Of a stretch of 64,000 nucleotides of DNA, positions 1 through 12,830 are shown piece by piece. The stretch comes from Lama glama. Lineage: Eukaryota. Position numbers and translations under genes: made by a program. Each line of letters begins with the position of its first letter. The first letter of the stretch is position 1. The DNA is taken from contig CM052816.1 of the NCBI GenBank assembly GCA_028534125.1, positions 38,814,001 to 38,878,000 of the forward strand, written 5' to 3'. The notes under the pieces are model-generated. The model worked only from the letters and a program-made list of their open reading frames with translations. It searched no databases and was not told where the DNA came from.

Positions 1-950
1 AATAGCTACATCATTCGTAAACAGAGCAAACAACGGCAAAGGATCTTTTCATATGGGACATTAAGGTATGTAACAAAACCACAATAACAATAAATAGAAA
101 TGTGTTCTGTCACAGAAATAGACCAGTGGAATGGAATGAATCAGAAAGTCATAAGTACATTAAAAATTATTAAAACTTGATATATGATAAAAGTAACACC
201 ACAAAACAATGGGAAAGAATACAGTTTCTAGTACATCATTTTTATAGAGAGCTATGATTTCGATGGATTCATATTTTCATATAGTATGCCTTATACTTTA
301 TAACATATACCAAGGTCAGTATCAATGATTCAGATGTATTAATGACCTAAATTTTGAAGTTTAAAAATATAATGTCAATAAAATAAATTATAGGAGAATA
401 ACTTTGTTAGTAATCAGAGAAATGCAAATGAACAACAAGATGACACTTTAGGTCCACCCAATTAGGGGGGAAAAAGGAGAAATCAGATTATAGCCAGCTT
501 TGGTAAGGAATCCTCTTGCACTCTTGTTAGGCTGCAGGCTCTCAGAGAGCACTGGAAGCATCTGGTGAGGTACCTATAGATCCTTTGTGCTACCAATTAC
601 ACTGCTGGGCATACAGCCCAAAGAAACTGCTGAGAGGAGATACACAGGGAGATACACCGAAGTTCACTGCAGCGTGCTGTGTGCTGGGGAGTAGTTGAGG
701 CAGTCTGGCTGACCGTTACCAACGGGATGGATAAGTAGACCAGTAATGGACGCATACTCTGGACTTCTATGCCTTACTTTTGAAATAATATATGAGATGT
801 ACATTTAGCCAGCACTGTGGATAGATACTTAAAAACAGAGTTTTGAGTTTTTAAAAAAAAGGATACACAGAATGAGATATTAGCAAAAACCATTTATGTA
901 AAATAAAAAGACATAAAGAGTATACTTAGAGTCCTATATCAAACATGTTC
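1..950 (+). mobile_element. Degraded old LINE-1 (ORF2 3' part / 3'UTR)
   Basis: Motifs acagaaatagaccagtggaatgg, acaatgggaaaga and gtaatcagagaaatgcaaat resemble the L1 ORF2 end; no open frame. Confidence 0.6.
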
Positions 951-3109
951 TGTGAGTGCCTACTGTGGAGAGCAGAACGTGGGAGGAGAATCAGGAATAC
1001 AAGGAGAAAATAAAGTAAAACCAACCAACAAACAAAAACCAAAAGGGGGCTGCACTCTAAAGACAATTGTGTGCAATGACCTGAGTGTTTCAATGGGCTC
1101 AGCTGAGTTCAACAGACGAATGGCTCCTGAACGGGGATCCACCCCACAGTTTTAGCTCCATCCACACCACGTTCTAAAACTTACAGGCGGTAATGGTGAA
1201 AGAGGGCAAAAACAAAAAACTAACCAGGATTCCTGAGAGGCACTGGGTCTATAAAAATACACATGACCGTGAAACTAAAAGGGAGGAGCAAAAAGAGAAA
1301 GAAATAATAGAAATAATTTAATTTGTATGTAATGCTTGACATGTTTGATTTTGTGAGCACACCTATAAATTGGTCAAGGTATTTCTGGAATGTACAGAAT
1401 TTGAAACAAGCTTTTGGAGGTTCTCTTTTGGAGAGGAAGTCACCAGCTTGTCTGAAGAAAGCAATAATCATGCCTTTTGTTAAGTTCATATGCTATGGAG
1501 CGGTCTTGAAATACATATTTACCAAGTGTCTATTAAGAGCTTGTTTAAAAATCTACATGTTTCCACTCGACTCTTGCATCTGTTTGCATAGAAACTTCTT
1601 AGAAACTTTGGTAAAATCCTATTCTATTACTGACTGCTACATTGCTGATTTAGACATGCAAACTTCAAGTCACTTTTCTCAAAACATTAAATTTTAAATC
1701 TAACTGTATGTCAGACTCATCTTAGAAACTCTTAAATAGAGAATTCACGGTGGTAGCCTGAACATTTGTAATTTTAATCAAGTCTCCCTGGTGGTTCTTT
1801 CCCAGCCAGCCCCGCATCAGCACACAGGCCAGCGTCTTGGAGGCATGGCCAAAAGGTTACAGCTGTAAGATTAAAAGTCTGTTCTGTTAGCTTCCAGTGC
1901 AGGTGCTATCACGTCTCCCTAGACAGGCATTGGACAGGGGATTCACTCTACATTACAAGGTCAAGTTTTCAATACTTCTATTGAAATAATAATTCTATTT
2001 AACAATTAATAATAATAGAATATCATATTAATATATGTTATGTATTAGAATCGAAAATAATATAAAATTTAAAATAATCAAATAATATATAATCTGTTCA
2101 AAAATACTGATCACACACCTGGACAAATCACCTCACTTTTGCTGATGGCAATACCAGAACAGGAGACTTGAGGAAGCATCAGTAACACACGAGGAACAGT
2201 AACAATTCCATGTGAGTTTTTATTTAATCAAGTCCCTCACTTTCTGGTTTGGGCTTTTAGAGGACTTGGCTACTTGCAGGATCAAATAGAAGATTTAATC
2301 AGCAAGGAAAAATGCTGAAGAGAGAGGAAAGGAAAACAATGAAGCTTAATCAACCTGGAAGCCCTTTGGATCTGTTAGGGCTCCTTTGTTTCCCTCAGAG
2401 CAGGCTTCACCAAAAACAAGCATAGCAGTGCCCTGGAGTCGGACCCCGCAGCGCGCAGCCCTCAGGGATGGCACTGGCTCGCACATTGCTCCCTGCGCCT
2501 TCGAGGGTGGTGGACTTTGTCTGACAGCAGAGGTGCGACTCTGACACAGTTTAAGATTGGTGGCATAATAAGAAGACAGTGATCCAAGGAGAAAGTGTGA
2601 ATTAGAAAGAGAAATCACTTCTCTCTCTCCTTAGCTGTAAATAACCTCACCCATGACTTCTTACTTCCACAGCTACAGGCCAAAGTGCTCGGGAAGAACT
2701 TCCTGGAGAGCTGTTCTTTTTAAGGATGTCATCACCAAAGAGCTCTATTTGCCAAAGACATGGATTTTCAAACTCTCATCTCATGAAACGAACAGTTCTC
2801 TTAACTCTCTCGCCTCTGGCCGTTAGTTCCCCACATGCTTCCTCCCACCCACCCCCAAAAGCAAGGAAGATTTCTGGGGTGTCCAGTAGAGCAAGGCAAT
2901 GGTTACATACTTCCTTCCTCCAGGGAGAAACTTGGAGAAAGAAGTAAGTGGTGGGGCGTGGGGGGGAAGCTAATGCTTCTGTTGTTAGAAAATTTGGGGG
3001 CTGAAAATGAAAGCACACAGGGGAAACTAAGTCACAGCCAAAGAAAGGAAGAAGCGTGGTGTTTGGTGACAGACTGTGCTCATGAGCAGCTGAGAACAGC
3101 CTGGGGACT

Positions 3110-3257
3110 TGCCACTTACACTGTGGTCCAACATCACCTGAGAGCTTGTTACAAATATCTGGAATCGCAGGCCTCATCCCAGACCTACTGAATGAGAATA
3201 TGCAGTTTAACAAACCTCATGGGTGATTTGCATCTACATTTAGTTTGAGAAGCACTG
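3110..3257 (+). mobile_element. MER5B-like hAT-Charlie MITE
   Basis: catcacctgagagcttgttac...cccagacctactgaatgagaat...gtttgagaagcactg matches the recalled MER5 consensus and terminus. Confidence 0.7.
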
Positions 3258-4919
3258 AACTAGGACACGTGCGTATTTTTTAGGCTCCCAGTAAATTAAC
3301 AGATAAATAAGAACAGAACCAGAAGAGTTTAATGGCTTGTACTTAACATTTGGTTCTTTTAGCGCACACACACAACAATGCCTATATAAATAACTTCATG
3401 TGGCAGTAACATCAAAAATCTAAAGTCTCTGTTAACGTCAGGCCCAGACCTTCCTGGCCCCCATTAGAACTGACAAAGTATATAAACCAGCACCACCCAC
3501 CAGCTGCTTGGAACTCAGCAACTCCCCACGCAACGGGACCACGTCCTAACTCTTACTGAGAAAAAGTTCCCTCTAATATGATGACACCACGCTGTAGCAG
3601 GACCATCTGTATCCCTGCCCCAGGGAGAATTTTTGGTGCACCAAGTTATGCTTATGGCCAGCTGAAACTCAAGTTTAGCTTGATCAGTATCAGAGAAACC
3701 CATATGCAGTCTGTGTAAGCAAGAGGAAGATGACCTCAAGGGGCAGCCCACTGCAGCAGGACATAAATAAGTGGGCAGATGTGTCAGCTATGCATATTAG
3801 TCCAGGAGTGCAGTTCTTTAGGGACTGAAGTCCAAAGACAAAGACATTTGTGGGTTGCTGGTCAATCTGGAGCATTTCTTCTAATTTTTCTGGATGTGTT
3901 TTTGACAGGAGCTTAAGGGCAGTTCAATAAATTAAAATGTATTTACATGGCAATGAAGAATTATCTTGACACAAAGAGTTATTTAATTACCAAGGTGCTT
4001 TGCATGCTGTTGAAGTTAAGACTGTGTCAGCCTTTCTGGGACAAATCTTTATTTTCAGGGCCATGTGGCTCAGCCAGGAATGATCCCCTGGGTTGGAGCT
4101 TGTCATTTATAAAAGAGGAGTCTCCTCTCTGACCCCCATTTCCATAGACAGCTCTAAACAGATCGGTAATCTCAATGTCAGACATCATGATGAAGTCAGC
4201 CCTGCCAAGGCCAAATGTCCCCCTGCAGGGATGTGGCCTCCATCTCAGAGGAATTGTAAATGAAGTCATACCCCATTTGCAGTCTTCAAAGCATGTCAGG
4301 GTTGCTGCCCATGTGAGTGACATTCAGAGAATTTTCTTGAGGCATCAAGAGGAAGGCATATGATGAAAGTCTGTGTTCATGCTGGCAGCATCAAAGCACA
4401 GTTGGTAAACAGTGACCTCATGTTATCGGGGACAGAGACAATTTCCCCCAAGCTCTGTACCATACTGATTCTATAAGAAAGGGGGCACCACTGAAGTCCA
4501 GGCCCTAAGGAAGTTCAGGCACCTTAAGAAAGAGAGGACAGGCACCTGGAAGCTCAGGGTCAAATCCTCTGCACTAAGTTGGATAGGAAAACAGGATAAA
4601 GGATAAAGAAAAAAGGATAGAAAACATTTGTGTCTCAGCTCCCCTAGAATTTGTCTACTTCAGGTTCAAAGGTTCGTAATTGATTTTGATCAGAGATCGT
4701 ATTAGCGACAGGTATTAGCAGTGGTTTAGATCCTCCCTTTAGCTAAGCCAGGTCAAGGAAGCTAATTATCTTAAATAAAAGTGAGACAGCAAAGCCAAAC
4801 ATCGCCTACCCTCCTTCTTTGGATGTGAATCAAAACATGTTAAAGATTTAGCTTGATGTTATTATGGACAGTGGGGATGAGCAGACTTGAGTCGTCCATG
4901 ATCAGACCCAACAAGGCCA

Positions 4920-5065
4920 TGTGGTTGAACAGAAAGACTTCCACCTTAGAAGTCAGGACACCTGCGTCTCACGTCCGATTCAAACCCGTATGAGCTATGG
5001 CTCCTCAAAGAAGTCACTTCACCTCCCCAGTTCTCATTTTCCCCTTTGACACGAGGGGTTGAATT
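4920..5065 (+). mobile_element. MIR SINE fragment
   Basis: gaagtcaggacacctg...aagtcacttcacctccccagttctcattttcccc is the MIR core. Confidence 0.55.
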
Positions 5066-5226
5066 ACTGAAGAATTCTCATCCATTCCAGCTGTAGAATT
5101 CTCTTTCATTTATTCCATTTATGAAAACTATAGCCTCTTTTTCATCCATCCTTCTGAAAAGCAGCAGTCCTTCCAGCTGATTGTAAGATTTTCAGCCACT
5201 GAACTATCCCAAATTTATCCCTCTAG

Positions 5227-5405
5227 GTCCAGACATCTTGACTCTGGTGGTGGGATCTGACATCAGCCGCTGTCCCAGTACCCCTTGGCCCACCTGCCGT
5301 GGCTACCTACATAAGAGGACTCACTCCGGGTTCCTGAAGGGTTGGAGGAAGCGGTGGTTTGTGCTGAAGCATGACGGCTGCCTCCACTATTACCGGCATA
5401 AGAAG
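5227..5405 (+). CDS. PDZPH1: PDZ/PH-domain protein (PDZPH1-like) internal coding exon: end of PDZ domain and N-half of PH1
   Basis: Acceptor ccctctag|GT (phase 1), donor AAG|gtaaac (phase 0). Translates (G)PDILTLVVGSDISRCPSTPWPTCRGYLHKRTHSGFLKGWRKRWFVLKHDGCLHYYRHKK. GYLxK...WxKRWFVL...LxYY is the classic PH beta1-beta3 signature; ILTLVV resembles a PDZ final beta strand. Confidence 0.9.
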
Positions 5406-5887
5406 GTAAACCGAGGGGAAGGGGAAGGGTTAGAGTGGGAAAGAGCAAGACGCCCTGGGAAGTACAGTCAGTCCATTATCAAATTACTATCTTGTAAGGT
5501 ACCACATATGTTGTAGGATTCCAGAAAGTGTTCTCTCCTGTGACTTTTAAAGAACTTTTCCTTCTTCAGAGGCTCAGGGAATTGTAATTTATTTTCTCTG
5601 CTGCCGCATAAATCAAGGCTGGCCTAAGTTTCTATCTCATTTAGTCCTATTTTCAGATCCTCTGTGAAAACTTCCTTATCAAAGCCAAGAAAATAAGAAC
5701 CAAACTGTACATGTAGTACCCTAGAGAAATCAAGCAGGGCTAAGGCGGAGCACAGCTAGCGTCTTGCCGGACCGCCAGCCTGGGCACTGCTCCCGAGTCA
5801 CAGGCACTGGTGCCGGCAAGGCTTTGGAAGCAGAGCGCTCGAGAGGACACCGGCGATGCTGTGTTTCGTTTCCCAGATTTCATTACA

Positions 5888-6330
5888 GCAGTGATTTCTA
5901 ACGGTAGGTGAAGGGTGGAATCTTCTGGGGAATATTCTCAAAATACGTGGTCCAGGCCTCCTCCCAGATGTTTCTCACTCAGCAAGTCTGGGATGGGGCC
6001 TGGGCCTGCGGATCTGGGGAAAGACTTCAGGCGATTCTAGCACGAAGGCCAAACAACCAACCTGCAGGCCACGTCTTGTCGGCAGAAGTGTTTTCTTAGC
6101 TCTGTACAATGTGCTACTGAATTTTTTAAGTCAAATGCAAACGTCATGCATTTCAGAGATTTCACATAGAAATCCCAATTTCCTGCTTGTCTTGAAAAGT
6201 TCTCCAGAAACAGTTGGAGGGAGCGGAGTAGGGACTCCCTCCTCCGGGGAGCGTGAGAGCTGTCCAGCTCAACAGAGGGTCCACTGCTTCCTCTGTCCTC
6301 TGGCTTCACTTGAATCACCTGCAGGACCCG
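5888..6330. mobile_element. Adjacent hAT-Charlie MITE remnants (MER5A-like, then MER102-like)
   Basis: gtctgggatggggcctggg (MER5-like) followed by gagatttcacatagaaatcccaatttcctgctt (MER102-like, reverse). Confidence 0.45.
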
Positions 6331-6490
6331 ACTCTAAGAAGCGTTAAAAACAGGAGTTTGGGTTGTTTACCTTATTCGTTACACAATCTTATTTTTTCTG
6401 CCTTTATTTTATATTGCCCTAGTTTCTTAATTTTAAGCTTTCTTTTGTATTTTATGTATCTTTAAAACCACCTCAATTCCTTTCTGGAAT

Positions 6491-6562
6491 GATAGATAGA
6501 TAGATAGGTAGATAGATAGATAGATAGACAGATAGGGACATAGATAGATAGAGACATAGATA
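6491..6562 (+). repeat. Imperfect (GATA)n tetranucleotide microsatellite
   Basis: gatagatagatagataggtagatagatagatagatagacagatag... read directly. Confidence 0.95.
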
Positions 6563-7287
6563 TATTGGTATGTATCAATAAAGAAATAAACACATTTTTT
6601 AAAAATGAATACCGAATCATTTTGAAGACCCCCTACTCCTAGACTGTGAATCACTAATTTGTGACATAGACTCAGAGACGTCTGCCTTCCATGGCAATGT
6701 GAGCCGTACAGCTACTTGGAAAAAACTTTGTCTCCCTCCAGTGCAAGAAAATAGGATTCTCTGTAATCAGGATGAGAAATGATGGTCTAGCCTTGTTTTC
6801 TCTATTCTAAATATTAAAGTGGAACAGACCAGAGGTTCCAACCGGCGTATAATTCAGAAGCCCCCGAAGAGTTTTCCAAAGTATACACACAAACTGCCTC
6901 CTTCTCCCCTTAGATCCTGAGTGAGGTCCTGGAAACAATACGTTCTTTTGCAAGCGTTCAAGGTAATTCTGAATGAACTGATGTGTAACCTGGATGAGTC
7001 CCACAGCAAAATTCTTCCTATCTATCATCAGAAGACAAAAATAAAAGCAATAATGCAAACAATCCATTTTTTCTTTCATGGAATAGATGGTCCTTTATCC
7101 TGAGACTGTGTCCTTCCTACCTCTTGGTGATAAAATCTGTTTCTTCTTGTGAAACAGTGACAATAGTAGATGCTAGCTTTTCCTTAATGGCCTTCCTCAG
7201 GAAAACAAATACATGAAGCAACTTTATGTTGAGCACCCCATATTTTAAGATGCTCCTGGTTCTTGAAATTCAGAATGTTTCCTAAAG

Positions 7288-7518
7288 CAGTGTTTTAGGT
7301 CTGGGCTTGCCAGGGGGCGATCACGGGACTGATGCTGCCTGCAGATGTTATATTTGGCTTGCACAATGTTTTCATAAATTTTTTAATGAAATGCATTCAG
7401 GTGAAGCATGTGCTGTCCAATTTGCCATAATCCCCATGACTCCTCATTTCCTTACACTGAGCCCAGTCACTTAAATTACTCACTAGGCCCTGTAGGGATT
7501 TGAGTGTATGAATCCTGG
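7288..7518 (-). mobile_element. MER102-like hAT-Charlie element
   Basis: Ends with ggccctgtagggatttgagtgtatgaatcctg, the reverse complement of a MER102-like start. Confidence 0.5.
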
Positions 7519-7904
7519 GGTAGAATTTATGTGAAAAATTAAAAATGTGGAGGTAGAGTGGTTAGAATTAAAACAGATTTTTTTTAACTGCTTCTAGCCC
7601 TCTTTGGAAAAGAAACGTGGATCTTATAGTAAGTTTGGACACAGCTAAGAAAAAAATAACCATCCTAAGTAACTGCAGTTGTAAGCATCATTGCCACAAT
7701 AGACTTTAACTTGGAAATTGTAGACTATAAAAATACAGCTTTATTTTGTTTATAAAGAGCCAAAATCAGATCCCTGGTAGTGCTACAAATTCCAGAATAC
7801 ATTATGTCTGATCTTTAGAATAGATAGCAATGACTGAGAAGAGCTAAGGGGGCATAATAAGAACATAACAGAATACATTAGCAGAAAATGAACTCAGCTA
7901 TACA

Positions 7905-10030
7905 GTATTCATTCATGCAACAAATATTTATTTGGTGCTTTTTATGAGCCAGGCATTACACTAAGCTCTGAGAATACAAAAACCCAGACATGGTGCTTGC
8001 CCTGTATGTACTTACAGTTCCACAGAAGAGACCGGTATTAAGAAATAGATTCACAAATAAACATGCAATTATGATTGCTACTGTAAGTAAAATGATGGGG
8101 GTGGAGGGAGAAGAGATTGTAGCAGTCTGGATGCAACCAAGAGATACAATCACACAGTGATTTAAACAAGTGAAGTTTAACATAAATCATTATTACACTG
8201 TGATAAAGGAATGGCTAAAGGCTATAAGAAAACTCAACGTGCTACCAAGACAGTACACAGGAAGGACTTAGGGGACCCCTCTCCAAGGCTGGGGATTCAG
8301 ATCTCCTCGGGACATGTAGTCAAGTCCACTGGATGTCAGAGCAGTTCACTGGTTGGCTGGGCCACAGCTGGTTAGTCTGCAGTCAGAGGGCAAATAGGAA
8401 ATCCTCTGCAGCACAAGGGGGCAGACGAACTGAAGCCAGTAGGTGGTGCATGGCTGTATACCAGGAGTGGGGATGGCAGTGAGGCGGGAAGACTGGGGCA
8501 CAAGGTATCCCTGTTGAGAAGACTGTCTGTAGGGTGGTGGCGCAGGGAGAACTGTAGGAGACAAACCTATGGAGGAGGGAAAGTGAGCCAAGGGAATCAG
8601 GACACTAGTGTGGGCAGGAGACCTGGAGCACAGTGCACTCATCTGGTCACAGGGAGGTTACGACCAGGCCACACTGGGGCAGCAAGGGTTCCAGGGACAG
8701 CATGTTCTAGGTGAATGGCTAAGACAGAGCACCCCTAGGTGTCCACACACATACTGCAGACCCACTCTGAGCAGCTGAAAAGAGCAGGAGTGCTCCTTCC
8801 TCTTGCAATGTTCCTCTAGCGCCCTCTACTGAGAAAACAACGTGCTTACTGTAAAAGATCAACAGTGGAAAGGATTTCCATCCTTTATTGTAGAGCATAT
8901 ATTGAAGGATGTATTTGGAGCTGAGGAGCAGTAAGTTCACAACTGCCACAAGAGTAAAATGGAGGGTTTAAGATACATTAGGAGAAGACGGAGTATGTAA
9001 CGAATTTCCTCTTGAGGACATCATGTTTTAGCTGAGGCCTGAGGGCTGAATAAAAGCTAGCCAAAAGAAGGCTGGGATGGATCACTCTCCAGGCACAAGA
9101 AATAACGTGTATGAACTTCCTGAGCTAGACACAACCTGGCTAGTTGGAGGAACTCTGAGAAAGCTCAGGCACCGGCATGCAAGGGGTTAGGGCAGGGAGG
9201 GCAGGAGGTCTGCCTAGAGAGGTGGGCAGGAGGCTGTCAGCTCAGGGCCCTGAGCCAATAACATGGATTTTGGGGTGTTCTTCTAACTACAACAGAAAGC
9301 CACCAAAATTCTGTAAATAATGGGAATTTCAAAAGATTGTTCTCTTATGTGGAGAAGAAGGGAGGCAAGAGTGGAAAGGAAATATCAGCTAGGAAACTAG
9401 TACCATAGTCCGGGCAAGAGGAGGGTCTAGGTCAAGTGGTCTTGACCAGGGTGGGAAGAATGAAGCCCAGTGGGAAAGATCTCTAGAAATATTTAAAAGC
9501 TAAAGTCAAAAGGATTTGGTGATGGGTTAAATGTGGTAGATAAAAGGGAGATAAGGGACAGTCAGAGATAACTCTGAAGTTTCTGACGAGAGTCACTGGT
9601 TGGATAAGGTGTAATTTACTGAAAAAGGAGCACGTTACAAGGGTGTAGGTTAAGGGGAATCAGCAGTCCAGCTTCAACTACATTTAGGGCACTGTGTACG
9701 CTATATATGTCAGAGCACAGCATGCATAGTGTTTAAAGCTATGGAAATCGACAAGATTGCTAGGGGAGAGAATACAAAGTGAGATGAAAAGAGAGCCCTC
9801 AACCCAGACCCTGAGAGTGGACAGAGTAGGAGGAAATAAGAAGGGTGTTGAGAGACAGAAAGAAAACCCAGGAAAACAAGACAAAAAAAAAGTTTCAGGA
9901 AGGAGGGTGATAGAGTTTCCTGGTGTTGCTTAAAGGCCCCACGATGATGAGTGTTAGGAAGCCTTTACTGTATCTGGCATTATGCAAGTCCTTGGAAACT
10001 TGGGCAAGAGAAGCCTGGGTTATGCACAGT
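7905..10030 (-). mobile_element. LINE-2 remnant interrupted by a solo LTR at 8118-8950
   Basis: Begins with the L2 3' end signature tattcattcatgcaacaaatatttat...gccaggca; purine-rich L2 body resumes after 8950. Confidence 0.7.
8118..8950 (-). mobile_element. ERVL solo LTR (LTR41-like)
   Basis: TG...CA ends (tgtagcag...ctgccaca). The right part resembles the recalled LTR41 start in reverse (ggagctgag, ctagcgccctctactga) and is similar to the element at ~36945-37598. Confidence 0.55.
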
Positions 10031-10129
10031 GAGTTGAGAAAGAAACAACTCATTTTGTGAACTGGAACAATGCCAATGGCACTTGCAGACCAGTCTACTG
10101 AAAACCTCGCCTATCAGAGACTAGAGAAA

Positions 10130-11410
10130 TAGTGTGATACGTGAAGAGTATTTAGTTCATTTACAGTTAACTTAATTACTGATATAACTGGGTTTACATC
10201 TACTGTTGCTATTTTTGCTTTTTCAGCTTGTCTCTCTATTCTGTTTCTATTCCTTTCCTTTCTTACCTCCTTTCAATTAACTAGATTTACGATCCCACTT
10301 AACTTGGTAGTTATTAATGCTTATACTGTTCTTTTAGTGCTTACCAAAAATATTACATGCATTTAGACTTCCTACAGTTGATTATAAATTAGTATTTATA
10401 CTATTTTATGGAAATGACGGCATCCAATTTAGCCACGTCTTAAGTAATATGTTTGTGTTGTCATATATTTTAATTCTATACAGACTGCAAATCCTCTGAC
10501 ATTTCAAACATATAACCTGGCAATGTTTTCTGTCTTCCAGAAGAATGCTATTTAATTGGAGGTCTGCTGGTGATGAATTTTCCAGTTATCATTGGCAAAT
10601 ATCTTTATCCCTCCTTAATATTTTAAGAATACTTTTCCTGGATATAGAATTCTAGGTTGGGTAGTTGTTTTCTTTCAGAACATTAAGTGTATCTTTTTTG
10701 CTTTCTTTGGCTTCTGTTGAAACAATGAGACCGTTAGCTAACTTCTCAGTAGAAGTTGTTCCTTTGTGCTTTATTCTGCGTATATTCTTCTGAGATACTT
10801 CCAGCTGTGTAGTTTAATAACAAACTCCAGAAAGTACTTAATTTCAATAATGTTTTCAGTTCTGGTGTCCACTTGATCACTTATATAGTTTCCTGTTTAT
10901 CCTGAAATGCTTAAACTCATCTTACACTTTTTGATCATATCAGTCCTAGTCATCTTAAAGTCCATCCTCTATCAGGAGCCCCTATAGGTGTCTTTCATCT
11001 GCTCTTTCTACAATTTGTGTTTCTGTTAGAAGGATAAGGGCACTAATCCTAGGGCATCTTAATCTATTCAGTGCTAAAATGGTTGTAAAGCAAACTATAG
11101 TCATTGTGAAGGCTGGTCTTTTTGTCACTCATTCTAATTCCCAAGGTTACTCTTCAAGATCCTAACTCATGGTTTATCAGGACCTCCTCCTTGATGGGGT
11201 CTGAACTCATGAGCATGCTGAAATTTCTGCTCCACTGCCCATCCCTCTCAGATGGAAGGGACCCCGATGTTGGGTTCATCTTCTGCTGGATTTTAGCCCC
11301 ATTATTCTTCACTGCCTTGCAAGCTCTCTGAAGTATTCAAAAAGGCATTTATATATACTTCACCTTTTCTATTTTTCTCAATAAAAGAATTGGTACTAAT
11401 GAACTAGTCT
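10130..11410 (-). mobile_element. Ancient LINE-1 (L1M-type 5'/ORF1-region) remnant
   Basis: T-rich; ttttcctggatatagaattctaggttgg...gttttctttcagaacatt is typical of antisense L1M sequence. Confidence 0.6.
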
Positions 11411-12479
11411 GCCAAAAAAAAAACAAAAAAACAAAAACAAAGGACCATCCACAATGGAAAAGGAAGGAGATATGAGGGATGAGTTGTTTTTGTTATTATT
11501 TTTTAGGTGTAAGATACCAGTTTAAGTGTGAATGCTGCTGAGGGTAGAGACAAGCAGGGAGAAAGAAAGCTGAAGATAAAGAAAAAGAGGAATAACTGAT
11601 AGATACATTTACCTTATAAGCCGTCTGTCCTAAAAGTTAGGTATATCTAGCTTACAGGGGCCAGCAGAGAAATTGAACTTTATGAAGGATAAGACTGAAT
11701 GTTCAATCAGGTTCTTTTTTTTTTTTTTGATGGAAGCATTCTCTGTACACTGTAGCAGAACAAGCCAGTTTTTGTTCTCTTCTGGGAATCTGTGTATGCA
11801 GGAACCCAAATGTGGGTGGGTGTATGTGGGGGAAGGGAGACTTCACACACTGGGCTTTACAGATCTCAAAGAAAAAAGCAGTGTTATATTTTAAATACTT
11901 GTCTCTATTTCAGGAGTTCTGATTGTCACAGCATATTTACTTTGCTATATTGGAGGAGGAGTCCAAGGGACTGAATGGCACACAATCGTGTGAGACTTCA
12001 TTTTGAACAAAGAGTAAAATTTGGAGCATGAAATAAGATTAATTATTTTAGTCATGTGTCTTGAATCTCTTTTGGAAATGAGAGCTGTTAATCTTTGATT
12101 TCCTTTTATGAAAGGAAAGTGAATGATACTCTCTTCCAAAATGGCAAAGATGTTAACAATGCCCTTTTAAAGGCTGTTAAGCACTAAAACTAAATGGAGG
12201 CAGGGTGAGGTAGAAAAGATTATGGGCTTTGAAGGTTAGTCTATCTCTATAGCGCCAACCTTAGAATAATTGTATATTATGATTTACAGTAAACAAAGAG
12301 TTATCATAAAATAGGTAGCTCTTGGATTTGCCCTAGAATTGACCCAAGAAGCAGAGGAGAATCAGATCCCCAGAACAGGTTTGAATGGACAGTAGAAGGA
12401 AACAATATAGTTGATTTCTGATGGCACCTCATGGTCCTGCTCGTTACCAAAAAGGTTCCATGCCTGTAGATATCCAGGT

Positions 12480-12830
12480 GATCTTATGAAAAAGACAGGA
12501 TGCTGGAGCTCTGAGGAGAGATCTGGTAAGAGATTCAGCTGTGTTGTAAATTATCTGCATATAGACTTGGCATTATGTACCATGAGATCACCTAGGAAGA
12601 ATGTAGATTACAAGAAAAGAGAGTTGAGGCCAAAGTCTTTGGGATGAGAACAGAGCTAGTCAGAAGTCTGGCACAGGGAGGAGGATCCAGCATTAAAGGC
12701 TGAACAGGAACAGCCAATGAGGCAAAAAGAACACGAAAAGGAATCAAACGTTCCCAGAGCCCAAAGATGAATGTGTTTCCCAAGGGTGAGAATAGTCAGT
12801 GGAGTCAAATGCTACTGTGAAGTAACTGCC
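12480..12830 (-). mobile_element. LINE-2 fragment
   Basis: atgagatcacctaggaagaatgtagattacaagaaaagagag...agtcagtggagtcaaatgctactg are L2-like motifs. Confidence 0.55.

Noticed and set aside
4059..4363. Acceptor-like ttttattttcag and ORF 4175-4363 as the upstream PDZ exon
   Set aside because: All three frames after the acceptor hit early stops, and the peptide lacks PDZ hallmarks (GF/GLGF loop, GD..L..NG). The true upstream exon probably lies before the window.
5406..5516. ORF-track extension of the PH1 exon (VNRGEGEG...)
   Set aside because: Read-through into the intron past the gtaaac donor; PH similarity resumes only at 44483.
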